A stretch of 61,042 nucleotides of DNA from Candidatus Woesearchaeota archaeon (lineage in GTDB: Archaea; Nanobdellota; Nanobdellia; Woesearchaeales; JAGVZT01): contig JAGVZT010000047.1 in assembly GCA_018302335.1 (NCBI GenBank), positions 1-61,042 of the forward strand, in the 5' to 3' direction. Below, in pieces: positions 47,050-57,420 of the stretch (positions within the stretch are counted from its first letter, which is position 1; every line of letters begins with the position of its first letter). Made by a program: the position numbers and the translations under genes. The notes beneath the pieces were generated by a model. That model was not told where the DNA came from. It searched no databases and saw nothing but the letters and a program-made list of their open reading frames with translations.

Positions 47050-48077
47050 ACGCGACCGACATCGTCTGCACCGTGGGCCCGATGAGTTCGCGGAGCTATA
47101 TCCTGCGCGAGATGCGCCTCGCGGGGATGACCAGCGTCAGGGTCAACATGGCGCACGCCTCCGCCCGGGACCTGCTGTATTTCGCGAGCCGCGTCCGGGC
47201 AATCACGCCGCGCATCAAGGTGCTCGCGGACCTGCCCGGCCCGAAGATACGCATCGGGGACATCCAGCCGCGGAAGATAGCGCCGGGAATGCAGGTCTCC
47301 TTCACCACGGAGCAGCATCCTCACCTCGGCCGCATCCCCGTGGGCTTTGCGGGCTTCCCTTCCTGTGTCTCGCCGGGAGAGGTGCTGCACACCGATGATG
47401 GCCGTACCGCCCTGGAAGTGAAAGAGGTGCAGGGCAACGAGGTCCACTGCGAGGTGCTCTTCGGGGAATGGCTCCTTCCGAGGAAGGGCATCAACTGTCC
47501 GGGCGAAGAGGATTTTGACCCTATCACCGCAGAGGACGAGGCCCTCATCCCCCAGCTCAAGGCCGCTGAGCCGCAGTACGTCGCGGCGTCCTTCGTACAG
47601 TCAGCGGAAGGCGTGCTTGCGGTGCGCCGCGCCCTCGACGGCGCGGGCATGCCGGCAGATGTGCTCGCGAAGATAGAGACGCCCCATGGCGTTGAGCACA
47701 TCCGCGAGATTGTCGAGTGCGATGCCACCGCAGGGGTCATCGTGGCGCGCGGGGACCTGGCATACGAAGCCGAGCGGGCGGAGCTGCTGCACAACGCCCT
47801 GCGCGTCATCCTCGAGGCGAAACGCGCGGGAAAGCTGGTCATCATGGCGACGCAGATGCTCGACTCCATGGTCCGCGAGCGCGTGCCCACTCGCGCTGAA
47901 ATCTTTGACGTGTCCCTTGCGGTCGCGCTGGGGTGCGATGGGGTGATGACTTCGAACGAGACAGCAGAAGGCAGCAACCCGGTGGAGACCGTGAAGGTCA
48001 TGCGCGAGATTGTCAGTGCCGCCGAGGGCCGGCGGGAGGAGCTGCGCTCGCTGATGCAGGAGATTTTCGCTCTATGA
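47046..48077 (+). CDS. pyk: Pyruvate kinase (short form lacking the C-terminal domain)
   Basis: IVCTVGP, RVNMAH, DLPGPKIR, AKIET, VARGDL, ATQMLDSM, PTRAE..DV, DGVMTSNETA. Confidence 0.93.
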   Translation: MNATDIVCTVGPMSSRSYILREMRLAGMTSVRVNMAHASARDLLYFASRVRAITPRIKVLADLPGPKIRIGDIQPRKIAPGMQVSFTTEQHPHLGRIPVGFAGFPSCVSPGEVLHTDDGRTALEVKEVQGNEVHCEVLFGEWLLPRKGINCPGEEDFDPITAEDEALIPQLKAAEPQYVAASFVQSAEGVLAVRRALDGAGMPADVLAKIETPHGVEHIREIVECDATAGVIVARGDLAYEAERAELLHNALRVILEAKRAGKLVIMATQMLDSMVRERVPTRAEIFDVSLAVALGCDGVMTSNETAEGSNPVETVKVMREIVSAAEGRREELRSLMQEIFAL

Positions 48078-48262
48078 CTTGTCCGTGCGGCGCACCGCTG
48101 GACCCGGACGAGGAGTTCTGCCTCCGCTGCGGTCATGTCGTCGGGTTCCGCGAGGAGAGGCCACGTTCCGCAAGATGGCTCTGGCTCCTCCTCGCGGCCG
48201 CTCTTGTCGTGATGCTCGTCATGGGCTTCTATTCTACGTTCTTCTCCTGGCTCTTCCGCTAG
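48074..48262 (+). CDS. Zinc-ribbon membrane protein (62 aa)
   Basis: CPCG...FCLRCG followed by one TM helix; ATGA overlap with pyk. Confidence 0.75.
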   Translation: MTCPCGAPLDPDEEFCLRCGHVVGFREERPRSARWLWLLLAAALVVMLVMGFYSTFFSWLFR

Positions 48263-48293
48263 GTTTTTAAAAAAAGGTCCGCTCCCTTCCTGC

Positions 48294-48770
48294 ATGCCTT
48301 CCCTCCGCAGCCCTCTCCTTGAAGAGGCTGAGCGCGGGCTCTCGGCGGCAATCGACACTCTTCTGGAGAGATACGCGGTGGAGCCTCGCCTACCCAGGCC
48401 GGAGGTGTACCTGGACATGAAGGCACGCACCTCTCGGTACGAGCCGCGGAGCAACACCGTGGCGTACGCGAACGGCGCCATCTCCCGATGGACGCACGGG
48501 GAGGAGGCCGGGCACTGGCTTTACTATGCGGTGAATCCCGACCTGGACATCGTGGGATTCGACCCGAGCTCTGATGACCTCGGCCTTCGCGCGCTGCACG
48601 AGCTCATGGGGCGATACGCCGCGAATATCGTGACGCAAGGCGAGCCGGCCGCGCTGACCGGCGACTACTCGCACTACGATGAGGAGCACCGCGCTGGCTA
48701 CCTCGCTGCAGACAGCATCTGGCGCGGTAAACGAACCCCCACTCCCTTCCGGCATGGGGAACTCACTTGA
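48294..48770 (+). CDS. Hypothetical zincin-like protein (EExxH variant)
   Basis: GEEAGHWLY and LHELMG; TATA TTTTTAAA ~48264. Confidence 0.65.
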   Translation: MPSLRSPLLEEAERGLSAAIDTLLERYAVEPRLPRPEVYLDMKARTSRYEPRSNTVAYANGAISRWTHGEEAGHWLYYAVNPDLDIVGFDPSSDDLGLRALHELMGRYAANIVTQGEPAALTGDYSHYDEEHRAGYLAADSIWRGKRTPTPFRHGELT

Positions 48771-49254
48771 GGAGCTGGTGGAGCAGCGCATCGGGGACGC
48801 AAAGGAGAACGACATCGCGAACAAGGCGGCGTGCGTCGCCAGCGTGCTCGGCAAGGTTGTGAAACCTCGGGAAGGTTATGATGGATATCAGGCAACCTAC
48901 CAGGGAAAGGGTTGGAGTGCGGTGCTCACGACGTCGTCCACCTCTGTTGTCTGCGAGGGAAGACTGCTCATTGCCCTTCTTGAGGGAAAGCAGGAAAGCA
49001 CCGTATTCGAGGCAAAGGGGACTGTTGACCTCACACCGAACGACTCGACTGCCGTGCTCCGCAGGAAGGCAGGCATGACGGAGGACACCCGGCTGTTCGG
49101 GTCGTTCCGGGAAGACAGATATGACGTCACTGCATACCGGCCGGGCGAGTGGGAGGCTGCGCTTGATATGCTCTACAAGGAGGCGCAGCAGCTGCGCGCA
49201 GACCAGGACGAGAAAATCCTCCTTGAGGTCAGGGAGCGCTTCGGCCTGCAATAA
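48754..49254 (+). CDS. Hypothetical protein
   Basis: MGNSLEELVEQRI...YRPGEWEAAL...ERFGLQ; somewhat lower GC. Confidence 0.7.
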   Translation: MGNSLEELVEQRIGDAKENDIANKAACVASVLGKVVKPREGYDGYQATYQGKGWSAVLTTSSTSVVCEGRLLIALLEGKQESTVFEAKGTVDLTPNDSTAVLRRKAGMTEDTRLFGSFREDRYDVTAYRPGEWEAALDMLYKEAQQLRADQDEKILLEVRERFGLQ

Positions 49255-49310
49255 GGATAAATACTCCCTCACTGTCCCAGCCGCAGGCGCACTGCGCCGG
49301 GGTGTTATTC

Positions 49311-49766
49311 ATGGATAAGGATTGCTGTTCGGACAATTGCTGCTCGGACTGGGCCTACAAGATTCACATCCTGCTCCTCGGCCTGGTGATGCTTGTCCCG
49401 GGACTGATGAAACTCTTCGTCATGAAGCCGGCAAACGTGGCGGGTTTCCTCGGGGGTCTGGGCATTCCCGCCCCGAATGTGCTGGTGTGGGTGCTCATCG
49501 CTTCGGAGATAGGGAGCGGCGCGGCCATCCTCGCCTCGCTCGTCCTGAAAGGCATGCCGCTGAAGTACGTCGCATGGCTGCCCGTCGTCGTGCTCGTGGT
49601 CGCAGCAGCGACCGCGCTGAAGCCCTACGGCCAGAACTCCTCGAACATCCTGCTGCATCTCATCGCGGCGAGCGACTTCGCGCTGCTGGCGTTGTGGAAC
49701 TGCGGCACGGAGCCCGCGCCCAAGGCTCCGATGGCGAAGCTGGCTGTGAAAGGCGCGAAGAAGTAG
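49311..49766 (+). CDS. DoxX family membrane protein
   Basis: LVPGLMKLF, FLGGLGIPAP, SEIGSG; Cys-rich N-terminus DCCSDNCCS. Confidence 0.85.
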   Translation: MDKDCCSDNCCSDWAYKIHILLLGLVMLVPGLMKLFVMKPANVAGFLGGLGIPAPNVLVWVLIASEIGSGAAILASLVLKGMPLKYVAWLPVVVLVVAAATALKPYGQNSSNILLHLIAASDFALLALWNCGTEPAPKAPMAKLAVKGAKK

Positions 49767-49796
49767 GCTTTTATTCTGCCTCTCCTTCCGTTTCCT

Positions 49797-51065
49797 GTGC
49801 CCCGAGTATTCATCGAGTCCCACGGCTGCTCCCTCAACTTGGGAGAAGGCGAGATGATGGCCGGCCTCCTGCGCAAGGAGGGGTACGCCATCGCCGCCTC
49901 TCCCGAGCAGGCGGACTGCGTGGTGCTCAACATGTGCTCGGTCAAGCTCAAGACCGAGCGGAGGATGGTCCGTCGCGCGGGAGAGCTGCACATGCAGAGG
50001 CCGCTCGTGGTAGCGGGCTGCATCCCCCCCGGGAGGAAATTCCGCCGCATCCCGGGAGTCTCGCTCGTCAATACGCAGAACCTCCACCACATCGGCCGGG
50101 CGGTCTCGGCCGCGGTGGATGGGCATGCAGTCGCCTATCTCTTGCGGGAAGAGCGGCCGAAGCTCGGGCTGCCCCGCATCCGCAGGAACCCCGCGGTGAG
50201 CATCGTGCCCATCAGCACCGGCTGCGACCTCGCCTGCGCATTCTGCGTCACCACCATCATCAAGGGGAAGCTGCAGAGCTATCCGATGCGCGCCATCTGC
50301 GACGAGGTCTCCCGCGGGCTGCAGGAGGGCTGCCGGGAGTTCTGGCTGACCTCTCAGGACAACGGCGCGTATCTCACCGGGACGGGGAGGAGCATGCTGC
50401 CGGAGCTCATCCGCTCCGTCGCCGCGCTGGACGGGGAGTTCCGCGTGCGCGTGGGGATGACGAATCCTGTCCATGTGAAAGGCGTCCTCGATTCCCTTTT
50501 GGACGCCTATGAGCACGCGAACGTCTACAAGTTCCTGCACCTCCCGTTGCAGTCCGGCAGCGACCGCATCCTCGCCGAGATGGGGCGCGGCTACACAGCC
50601 CGTGAATTCCTTGCCATCGCGGCCGCATTCCGTGCGCGGTTTCCCGAATCCACGCTCTCGACTGATGTCATCTGCGGCTATCCCGGGGAGAGCGAGGAGG
50701 ATTTCCGGGAGACCATGGCCGCGCTGGAGGAGCTGCGGCCGGAGATGCTGCACCTCTCCCGGTACTCGCCGCGGGACGGGACACGCGCAGCGCTGCAGGA
50801 GCAGGTCCACTGGGGCATCGTCAAGGAGCGGACGCGCGCGGGATTCCGCACATTCCTCGGCATCTCGGCCGGGAGGTGCGCGGAGTGGAAGGGGTGGTCT
50901 GGCCGCGTGCTGGTGTCCGAGGAGGGAAAGCCGGGCACGATGGTCGCCCACAACGATGCCTACCGGCAGATTGTCATCCCCGGAGATGCCTCGCTGCTCG
51001 GTCGTTTTGTCAACGTGCGCGTCACAGGCGTCGGCAGGCATTACCTGCGCGGGGAGCTCTGCTGA
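49797..51065 (+). CDS. tRNA methylthiotransferase, radical SAM (archaeal MtaB/CDKAL1 type)
   Basis: HGCSLN, NMCSVK, AGC, GCDLACAFC, HLPLQSGSDRIL, TDVICGYPGE; C-terminal TRAM domain. Confidence 0.92.
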   Translation: MPRVFIESHGCSLNLGEGEMMAGLLRKEGYAIAASPEQADCVVLNMCSVKLKTERRMVRRAGELHMQRPLVVAGCIPPGRKFRRIPGVSLVNTQNLHHIGRAVSAAVDGHAVAYLLREERPKLGLPRIRRNPAVSIVPISTGCDLACAFCVTTIIKGKLQSYPMRAICDEVSRGLQEGCREFWLTSQDNGAYLTGTGRSMLPELIRSVAALDGEFRVRVGMTNPVHVKGVLDSLLDAYEHANVYKFLHLPLQSGSDRILAEMGRGYTAREFLAIAAAFRARFPESTLSTDVICGYPGESEEDFRETMAALEELRPEMLHLSRYSPRDGTRAALQEQVHWGIVKERTRAGFRTFLGISAGRCAEWKGWSGRVLVSEEGKPGTMVAHNDAYRQIVIPGDASLLGRFVNVRVTGVGRHYLRGELC

Positions 51066-52822
51066 CGCAGCTCGCGCCGCATCACCTTGCCGGATGCGGT
51101 GCGGGGCAGGGCGTCCACCACGCGGACCTCGCCCACGCGGAACAGCGGACTCAGTTCCTCCCGTATGGCCTGCTGCAGAGCTTCTTTCAGTTTCGCGGGA
51201 CTCGTCTCACGGAGTGGCACCACATACAGGACGAGCCGCTCGGGCCCTCCATCCGCAGGAGGGACGCCGACTGCGGCGCACTCCTTCACCGCGCCGAGGC
51301 ACGCCCGCTCCACATCCGCGGAGCTGACCTTGATGCCGGAGAGCTTCATGGTGTCGTCAATCCTGCCGAGGAGCTGGTAGTACCCGTTCGGCAGCCTTCG
51401 CGCGGCGTCCCCGTGCCTGCGGAGCACCTTTCCGTCCGGGGAGGGACACCCCGCGTAGTACACCTCGTGATGGTCTTTGTTGAGCAGCCGCTGGGATAGC
51501 CCGACGCTGGGCGGGATGAGGAAGACCTCGCCGCTGTCTGCCTCCCTGTCGCCGTCGAGCAGCGCGAAGTCAAGCCCCAGCGCCGGAGTGGAGAACTGCG
51601 AGGGATAATTCTGCTGCACGACCGTCGAGGTGACATAGCCGCCGCCGAGCTCGGTGCCCCCGCAGTACTCGATGACCGGCCTGCCGCCCGCGCGCTGCAT
51701 GAGCCATTCCATGTCCTCTGCGTTCGAGCACTCTCCTGTCGAACTGAACGCCCGTATCGAAGACCAGTCAAGTCCCTCGGCCGCCCTGCTGGCTCGCCAC
51801 GCCTTGACCAGCGTGGGGACCACGCCGAGCATGGTCACGTTCGCGTCCTGCACGAACTCGCAGAATTCCCGCGATGTCGGAGAGCCCTGGTAGAGGCAGA
51901 TGCTCGCCCGGTTGATGAGCGAGGCATAGATGAGCCAGGGGCCCATCATCCATCCGAGCGAGGTCGGCCAGCACAGCCGGCCTCCAGGATGGATGTCGTG
52001 ATGCAGGTGCGCGTCCGACGCGCATTTCATCGGAGTGCTGTGCGTCCAGGGGATGGCCTTCGGGTCTCCTGTCGTCCCGGAGGAGAAGAGCACGGTGGTG
52101 GTGTCCTCGGCGTCCCGAGAGACCGCGCGGAAGGGCTTCTCCGGTCCGAGGAAATCCTCCCACGCGGTATCGCCTGCCTGGGCCTTGCCGAGCACGACCG
52201 CTTTTCCGTGCGCTGCGGCCCGCACGCGCTCGTACGGCGACAGCTCCCTGCCCCCGTAGCGATACCGCTCGATGGTGAACACGGCTTTCGCGCCGCTGAT
52301 GGCCACTCTCCGCGCGATCTCCTTCGAGGAGAAGCTGTCCGCGATGCCCACCGCGGCACAGCCCGCCTTGATGATGCCCAGGTAGAGTGCGATGCTCTCG
52401 GGAGACAGGGGCATGACGATGGCCAGCGCATCCCCTGGCTTGTACGCGCTGCTGATGCCCTGGGCGACTTGGTCGGTCAGCCCGCTGAGCGCACGGTAGG
52501 ACATCTCGCGCATCGGGCTCTCTCCTTCGGCGCGCCATCGCACCGCCATCGCATCCTCGGGAGCCTGAAAGCAGCTCTCCACGATGTTCAGCCGCGCGCC
52601 CGGGAACCATACCGGGTGTTCCGGGTCACGAAGGTCAGCTTTGCCAGGCTTCTTCAGGAAGTGGATGTCCAGGCGCGCCACCATGGCGGACCAGAATTCC
52701 TTGCGGGAAGAGACACTCCACTTCCACAGTTCCTCATACGACGAGAGGCCGCGCTCCTGCATCAGGGCGTGGAGATTGCTGCTGCGGATGTCTGCCTCGG
52801 AGGGCTGCCAAACGTAGGGCAT
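51041..52822 (-). CDS. Acyl-CoA synthetase (acetate/acetoacetate-CoA ligase-like)
   Basis: WFPGARLNI, FSSGTTGDPK, WPTSLGWMMG, YCGGTE, RHGD, GRIDD, LPRTASGKVMRR. Confidence 0.93.
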   Translation of the reverse strand: MPYVWQPSEADIRSSNLHALMQERGLSSYEELWKWSVSSRKEFWSAMVARLDIHFLKKPGKADLRDPEHPVWFPGARLNIVESCFQAPEDAMAVRWRAEGESPMREMSYRALSGLTDQVAQGISSAYKPGDALAIVMPLSPESIALYLGIIKAGCAAVGIADSFSSKEIARRVAISGAKAVFTIERYRYGGRELSPYERVRAAAHGKAVVLGKAQAGDTAWEDFLGPEKPFRAVSRDAEDTTTVLFSSGTTGDPKAIPWTHSTPMKCASDAHLHHDIHPGGRLCWPTSLGWMMGPWLIYASLINRASICLYQGSPTSREFCEFVQDANVTMLGVVPTLVKAWRASRAAEGLDWSSIRAFSSTGECSNAEDMEWLMQRAGGRPVIEYCGGTELGGGYVTSTVVQQNYPSQFSTPALGLDFALLDGDREADSGEVFLIPPSVGLSQRLLNKDHHEVYYAGCPSPDGKVLRRHGDAARRLPNGYYQLLGRIDDTMKLSGIKVSSADVERACLGAVKECAAVGVPPADGGPERLVLYVVPLRETSPAKLKEALQQAIREELSPLFRVGEVRVVDALPRTASGKVMRRELRQQSSPRR

Positions 52823-52925
52823 CGCCAGCGCGGTGCGCTGCCGGGCTAATAAAGCTTTGCAGGTCCGGAAAACCTGCGAATCCCTCCGGCAAGGACATAT
52901 GAAGGGCAGGCCTCCCATGAGGGGC

Positions 52926-53402
52926 ATGCCCAACGCATTCCGAAGGCGGGCGGCAGTCAAGCCGCGACGGGTGATTGACGCGTGCGTCCTCATCGCATCC
53001 TTGATGCGGGACATCCCCGGCTGCGCGCAGTATCTCGCCGGTCTGACGGTGCAGCATCATGGTTACATCACCCATGCGCTTCTTGGGGAGGTGTGGTACG
53101 GCACGGTCAATCATGTGCGAGACGCCTTCGTGCGGCAGCGCCTTTACCAGTATGTTGATGGGCTGTTTGCGGAGCAGCGGTTGCACATGCTCCCTCTCGT
53201 GCGAGTCTCCCCGGAGCTGGTCGGAAGCTTCCGGACGCTTCTGCCCTTCTTGTCCGAAGACGACGCCCTGCATCTCGCTGAAGCACGAACGCACGGATTC
53301 TCCGATTTTGTCACCACGGATGAAGAACTGACGGCCCCTCGGAATGCGCTCCGTCTGTCAGAACTCGGCATTCGGATATTCGATCCTACGAGAATCTCTT
53401 GA
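52926..53402 (+). CDS. PIN-domain ribonuclease (VapC-like)
   Basis: VIDACVL, LGEV, DDALHLA and FVTTD supply the acidic quartet. Start uncertain (52917 or 52926). Confidence 0.85.
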   Translation: MPNAFRRRAAVKPRRVIDACVLIASLMRDIPGCAQYLAGLTVQHHGYITHALLGEVWYGTVNHVRDAFVRQRLYQYVDGLFAEQRLHMLPLVRVSPELVGSFRTLLPFLSEDDALHLAEARTHGFSDFVTTDEELTAPRNALRLSELGIRIFDPTRIS

Positions 53403-53511
53403 GGAGCTTGCTGGTGATGCCAGCCCTGCGGAAGGCTTCCCGAGCCTCCTCGAAGGCCTTCTGGAGCGCCTCATTCCCCCAGTCAATCTTTGGCTCCTCT
53501 TTCCTTGCCAT
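53386..53511 (-). CDS. Small 41-aa protein, candidate antitoxin (not in the ORF track)
   Basis: Hand translation MARKEEPKIDWGNEALQKAFEEAREAFRRAGITSKLLKRFS; converges on and overlaps the PIN gene by 17 nt. Confidence 0.5.
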   Translation of the reverse strand: MARKEEPKIDWGNEALQKAFEEAREAFRRAGITSKLLKRFS

Positions 53512-53547
53512 GCAACACCATGAGTCCGATGCGCTTTATGAATGTTA

Positions 53548-53575
53548 CGCCGCAGCGGCCGGAGAATCTCCGGCG
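53548..53575 (+). repeat. Partial (left-half) copy of the 68-bp repeat
   Basis: CGCCGCAGCGGCCGGAGAATCTCCGGCG resembles the consensus left half; abuts the HTH gene stop. Confidence 0.45.
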
Positions 53576-54433
53576 CTAGAACTCCCTCAGGAACTTCACC
53601 AGCTCGCGCGCCTCCTGCAGCTCGAGGAACTCCTCCTTGCGCATGGACGGCAAATCCTTGTCCTTCGGTGCGCGTTCGTCAAAGATGACCAGGTTGTCCG
53701 CGTCCAGCAGTCGGGAGAGGGACTGCATCTCCGGATGGACCTTGCCCATCTCGGTGAAGATGAGCTCGCGGTCCTGGCGGGCGATGACGTCGAAGGGCGC
53801 CTTCCGGAACTCCTGGACCCTGAAGCCCAGCTCAGAGTATTTGAGCGAGATCTCGTCCTGTGGTTGAGCATAGTCGAGGGGGATATCGAAGAGCTCCACA
53901 GGGAGGAAGACATCTTCTCCCAGGACCTCGTGGATGCGGAATCCGCGCTGCAGGGTCACCTCGGAGTCGCTCTCGTAGCGGTCCAGCATCCTCGGCGATA
54001 CGCCGAGCCTGCGGGATAGCTCCAGCCGGGAGAGTTCCATCTCGTCGCGCTTCGCGCGCACCTTCTGGCCGGAGAGCCTGAGGGTGGGTCCCGCGGAGGT
54101 GCTGAGCACCATGGGCAGCCGGTCGTGGAGGCTCTCGCGGAAGGTCTCCATGGTGGTGGTGTATACCCCGAACCTGCTGTACACGATTCCCGGCTCCAGA
54201 GGGCGTCCTGCGCGTTCCGCGATGACCAGCACCGAGGCATTGACCATGCCTGCGGCGCGCTTCATCTCTGCAGCTCCCTCTGGAGTGAGAGCGTTGGCAT
54301 CGCCCAGCATGCGCAGCAGCAGGGTGTGCTCCCCGCGCGCCACGAGGTCGAAGCATCCCCGCACGCGCTTGATGGCGTACCCCTCCTTCAAGAGGGTGAC
54401 ACATGCCTGCTCGATGAGGTCCTCCTTGCCCAT
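53576..54433 (-). CDS. Archaeal HTH transcriptional regulator (COG1395-like)
   Basis: CFDLVAR, LEPGIVYSRFG, central Xre HTH (LSRLELSRRLGVSPRMLDRYE), KAPFDVIA. Confidence 0.88.
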   Translation of the reverse strand: MGKEDLIEQACVTLLKEGYAIKRVRGCFDLVARGEHTLLLRMLGDANALTPEGAAEMKRAAGMVNASVLVIAERAGRPLEPGIVYSRFGVYTTTMETFRESLHDRLPMVLSTSAGPTLRLSGQKVRAKRDEMELSRLELSRRLGVSPRMLDRYESDSEVTLQRGFRIHEVLGEDVFLPVELFDIPLDYAQPQDEISLKYSELGFRVQEFRKAPFDVIARQDRELIFTEMGKVHPEMQSLSRLLDADNLVIFDERAPKDKDLPSMRKEEFLELQEARELVKFLREF

Positions 54434-54526
54434 GGGTGAGACAAGGATGCCGTCCCTTTAAAAAACTTATGATTTAACCATCGCGCTGTGGCAACATTTA
54501 AGAATGGACAGCCGCTCTCTTGGGTC

Positions 54527-55657
54527 ATGGGGCTCGGGAAAGCGACGCTCATCACCGGAGTGCTTGCCGGCTCCGCCCTGCTTGGGGGCATTGCTGGTTT
54601 CCGGAGCGTCACTTCCGATGACCGGCCGGCGGTGGCCATGAGCCCCGCCCCGCAGGAGCTTGATGGCATCGTGGTGCGCGAGCGCCTGGAACTGCTCCCC
54701 ACCGGGCCTGACATCGGCGGATACACCCTTTTCGAGGACCGCTACACCCTCGTGGTGATGGATTCCTGCGTTCCGAGGACGGTGCAGTTCAGCGCCATCG
54801 CCGTGGGGGACACCTCGCGCTACGAGGATTATGATTTCCGGGTGCGCCCGGGAGATAGGGTGCGGGTCAGCGTGCTTCCCGACGGCGACCTGTTCAAGGG
54901 CGTTGCCCTCATCGCGTACGGCGACCCGAGCGGAGCGGCGCAGTGCGACGGCGTCGAGGCTGCGTTCCAGGCTGCGCTCCGCGAGGCGGAGCGGAGCATG
55001 CCGCTCGACCAGCTCCTCTCTCTCGGATGGTACGCCGAACAGGACGCATATCTCCTGAGGACACTTTCCTCGGCCGAGCTGTGGGAGGAGTATCGGGATG
55101 CCGATGCGCTCCGCGAATCTGTGCGGGAACGTCTGCAGGCCGCGAGCCCGAGCACCTGTCCCACGGGCATGGAGAATCTTGAGCTGCTGAACCATGCCGA
55201 GCTGATTCGCGCGAGCCTGCTTTTAGACTATATCGATAATCCCGAGAACCAGCGCTCCATCATGGAGGAGCTTGCTGCCGACCGGGCCGACACCCGGACG
55301 GAATATGGCGGGGCGTTCGCGCTCCAGGATGGTGGCCTGATGCGGCTCCGCATGGCCTCGACCTGCCGGGGAGGGTGTAAGGATTACGAGTATTCATTTC
55401 CCACGGTCGCGCTCCGGCCGAATGTCGCGCTGCACTACCATAACCATACGATGCCAGGATTCCTGGAGCCCGATGCAGCGTTCCGCCACGATGCCTGTCC
55501 CTCTCCGGAGATTTCTCCTGGCGTAGGGGACCTCAGTGTCGCGCAGGGCGCGGGGAGCGATGGCGTCGTGTTCTCGGAGGAGGACGCCGCGTTCGGCACA
55601 GTGCTCTACACCGACAGCGGGGTGCTGCTCGACCTCGGGATACGCCTCCTGCCATAA
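54527..55657 (+). CDS. Membrane-anchored hypothetical protein with C-terminal JAB/MPN-like motif
   Basis: N-terminal TM or signal segment; C-terminal TEYGG...HYHNH...CPS...GDL. Confidence 0.65.
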   Translation: MGLGKATLITGVLAGSALLGGIAGFRSVTSDDRPAVAMSPAPQELDGIVVRERLELLPTGPDIGGYTLFEDRYTLVVMDSCVPRTVQFSAIAVGDTSRYEDYDFRVRPGDRVRVSVLPDGDLFKGVALIAYGDPSGAAQCDGVEAAFQAALREAERSMPLDQLLSLGWYAEQDAYLLRTLSSAELWEEYRDADALRESVRERLQAASPSTCPTGMENLELLNHAELIRASLLLDYIDNPENQRSIMEELAADRADTRTEYGGAFALQDGGLMRLRMASTCRGGCKDYEYSFPTVALRPNVALHYHNHTMPGFLEPDAAFRHDACPSPEISPGVGDLSVAQGAGSDGVVFSEEDAAFGTVLYTDSGVLLDLGIRLLP

Positions 55658-55689
55658 TCATTATAAGTCCGTAAACCCGCTGCCTCCGC

Positions 55690-57396
55690 ATGGACGAGCT
55701 CGCCCGCTTCGGCCGGCCGATGCGGATGGACCTGAAGCCGAAGAAGCCGATTCTCGCGCCCACCGGCCCGAAGACCTGCGCGACCTGGGATGCCGAGGCT
55801 GCGATGCGGATGCTGATGAACAACCTTCATCCGCAGGTCGCGCTGGACTGGGAGCAGCTGGTCGTCTACGGCGGCTCCGGGCGCGCCGCGCGGAACTGGC
55901 AAGCGTATCACGACATCATCGTGTCGCTGAAGAAGCTGAAGGCGGATGAGACCCTCTGCGTCCAGAGCGGGAAGCCGGTGTACGTCGCGCGGACCTTCGA
56001 GCACGCCCCGCGCGTGGTCATCGCGAACAGCAACCTCGTCCCAAAGTGGGCCACCCCGGAGAACTTCTCCCGGCTCGATATGCTGGGACTGACGATGTAC
56101 GGCCAGATGACCGCAGGCTCGTGGATCTACATCGGCACCCAGGGCATCCTGCAAGGGACCTACGAGACGCTGAGCGCGTGCGCGAAGCGCGAGTTCAGAA
56201 CAGACTCCCTGAAAGGGAAGTTCCTCCTCAGCGCAGGGATGGGTGCGATGTCCGGCGCACAACCCCTTGCGGCGTCGATGTGCCACGCCGCCGCGCTCAT
56301 CGTCGAGGCGCGCAAGGAGCGCATCGGGCGAAAGGTCAAGGAAGGGTACTGCGACCGCATGACGGAGTCGCTGGACGAGGGGCTTGCCTGGGTGCTGGAC
56401 GCGAAGCAGCGCAAAGAGGGGCTGAGCGTGGGCCTTGTGGGCAATGCTGCCGAAGTCCATCCGGAACTGGTGCGCAGGAACATCATCCCCGATGTGGTGA
56501 CGGACCAGACCAGCGCCCACGACCTGCTGAGCTACGTTCCCGAGGGGGATATCCCGGAGCTCGACGCCCTGCGCGTCCAGAATCCCGAAGCATACCGCGC
56601 GCGTTCCCTGGCCTCCGTGCGGAAGCATGTCGCCGCGATGCTGGCGATGCAGGCGCGCGGCGCGGTGTGCTTCGACTACGGCAACAACCTGCGCCAGCAG
56701 GCCGAACTCGCGGGCCTCCGGGTGCGCGATGGCCGGGGAACATACCTCTATGATGGCTTCGTCCCGCGCTACATCAGGCCGCTCTTCTGCGAGGGCAAGG
56801 GCCCCTTCCGGTGGGCCGCTCTCTCCGGCAGCGTGGAGGATATCCGGCGGATGGACGAGAGGCTGCTGAAGCTGTTCCCGAAAGACCGGGCGCTGGCGCG
56901 CTGGATCCGGCTCGCATCGGAAAAGGTGCCGCAGCTCGGCCTCCCCTCGAGGATATGCTGGCTCGCGTACGGCGACCGCGCGACGTTCGGCCTGGCCATC
57001 AACGACATGGTCCGCTCGAAAGAGCTCGGGGCTCCGGTGGTCATCGGCCGGGACCATCTCGATTGCGGCTCCGTCGCATCGCCCGAGCGCGAGACCGAGG
57101 GGATGGCCGACGGCAGCGACGCCATCGCGGACTGGCCCCTGCTGAACTTCGCGCTCAACACCGCAGCGGGCGCGTCCTGGGTGAGCTTCCATCATGGCGG
57201 AGGAGTCGGCATCGGGAATTCGCTCCACGCGGGGATGGTCATTGTCGCGGATGGCAGCGCGAAACGCGCCGAGCGTCTTGAACGCGTTCTCACCGTGGAC
57301 CCAGGCATCGGGGTCGCGCGCCATGCGGACGCGGGCTATCCCGAGGCGCTTCGCGCCGCGCGCAAGGGGGTGCGCATCCCGGGCAAGATTTCTTAA
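55690..57396 (+). CDS. hutU: Urocanate hydratase
   Basis: [69 protein letters not shown]. Confidence 0.97.
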   Translation: MDELARFGRPMRMDLKPKKPILAPTGPKTCATWDAEAAMRMLMNNLHPQVALDWEQLVVYGGSGRAARNWQAYHDIIVSLKKLKADETLCVQSGKPVYVARTFEHAPRVVIANSNLVPKWATPENFSRLDMLGLTMYGQMTAGSWIYIGTQGILQGTYETLSACAKREFRTDSLKGKFLLSAGMGAMSGAQPLAASMCHAAALIVEARKERIGRKVKEGYCDRMTESLDEGLAWVLDAKQRKEGLSVGLVGNAAEVHPELVRRNIIPDVVTDQTSAHDLLSYVPEGDIPELDALRVQNPEAYRARSLASVRKHVAAMLAMQARGAVCFDYGNNLRQQAELAGLRVRDGRGTYLYDGFVPRYIRPLFCEGKGPFRWAALSGSVEDIRRMDERLLKLFPKDRALARWIRLASEKVPQLGLPSRICWLAYGDRATFGLAINDMVRSKELGAPVVIGRDHLDCGSVASPERETEGMADGSDAIADWPLLNFALNTAAGASWVSFHHGGGVGIGNSLHAGMVIVADGSAKRAERLERVLTVDPGIGVARHADAGYPEALRAARKGVRIPGKIS

Positions 57397-57420
57397 AGAG
57401 CGGCTGGTTCCTTTGAGGGG

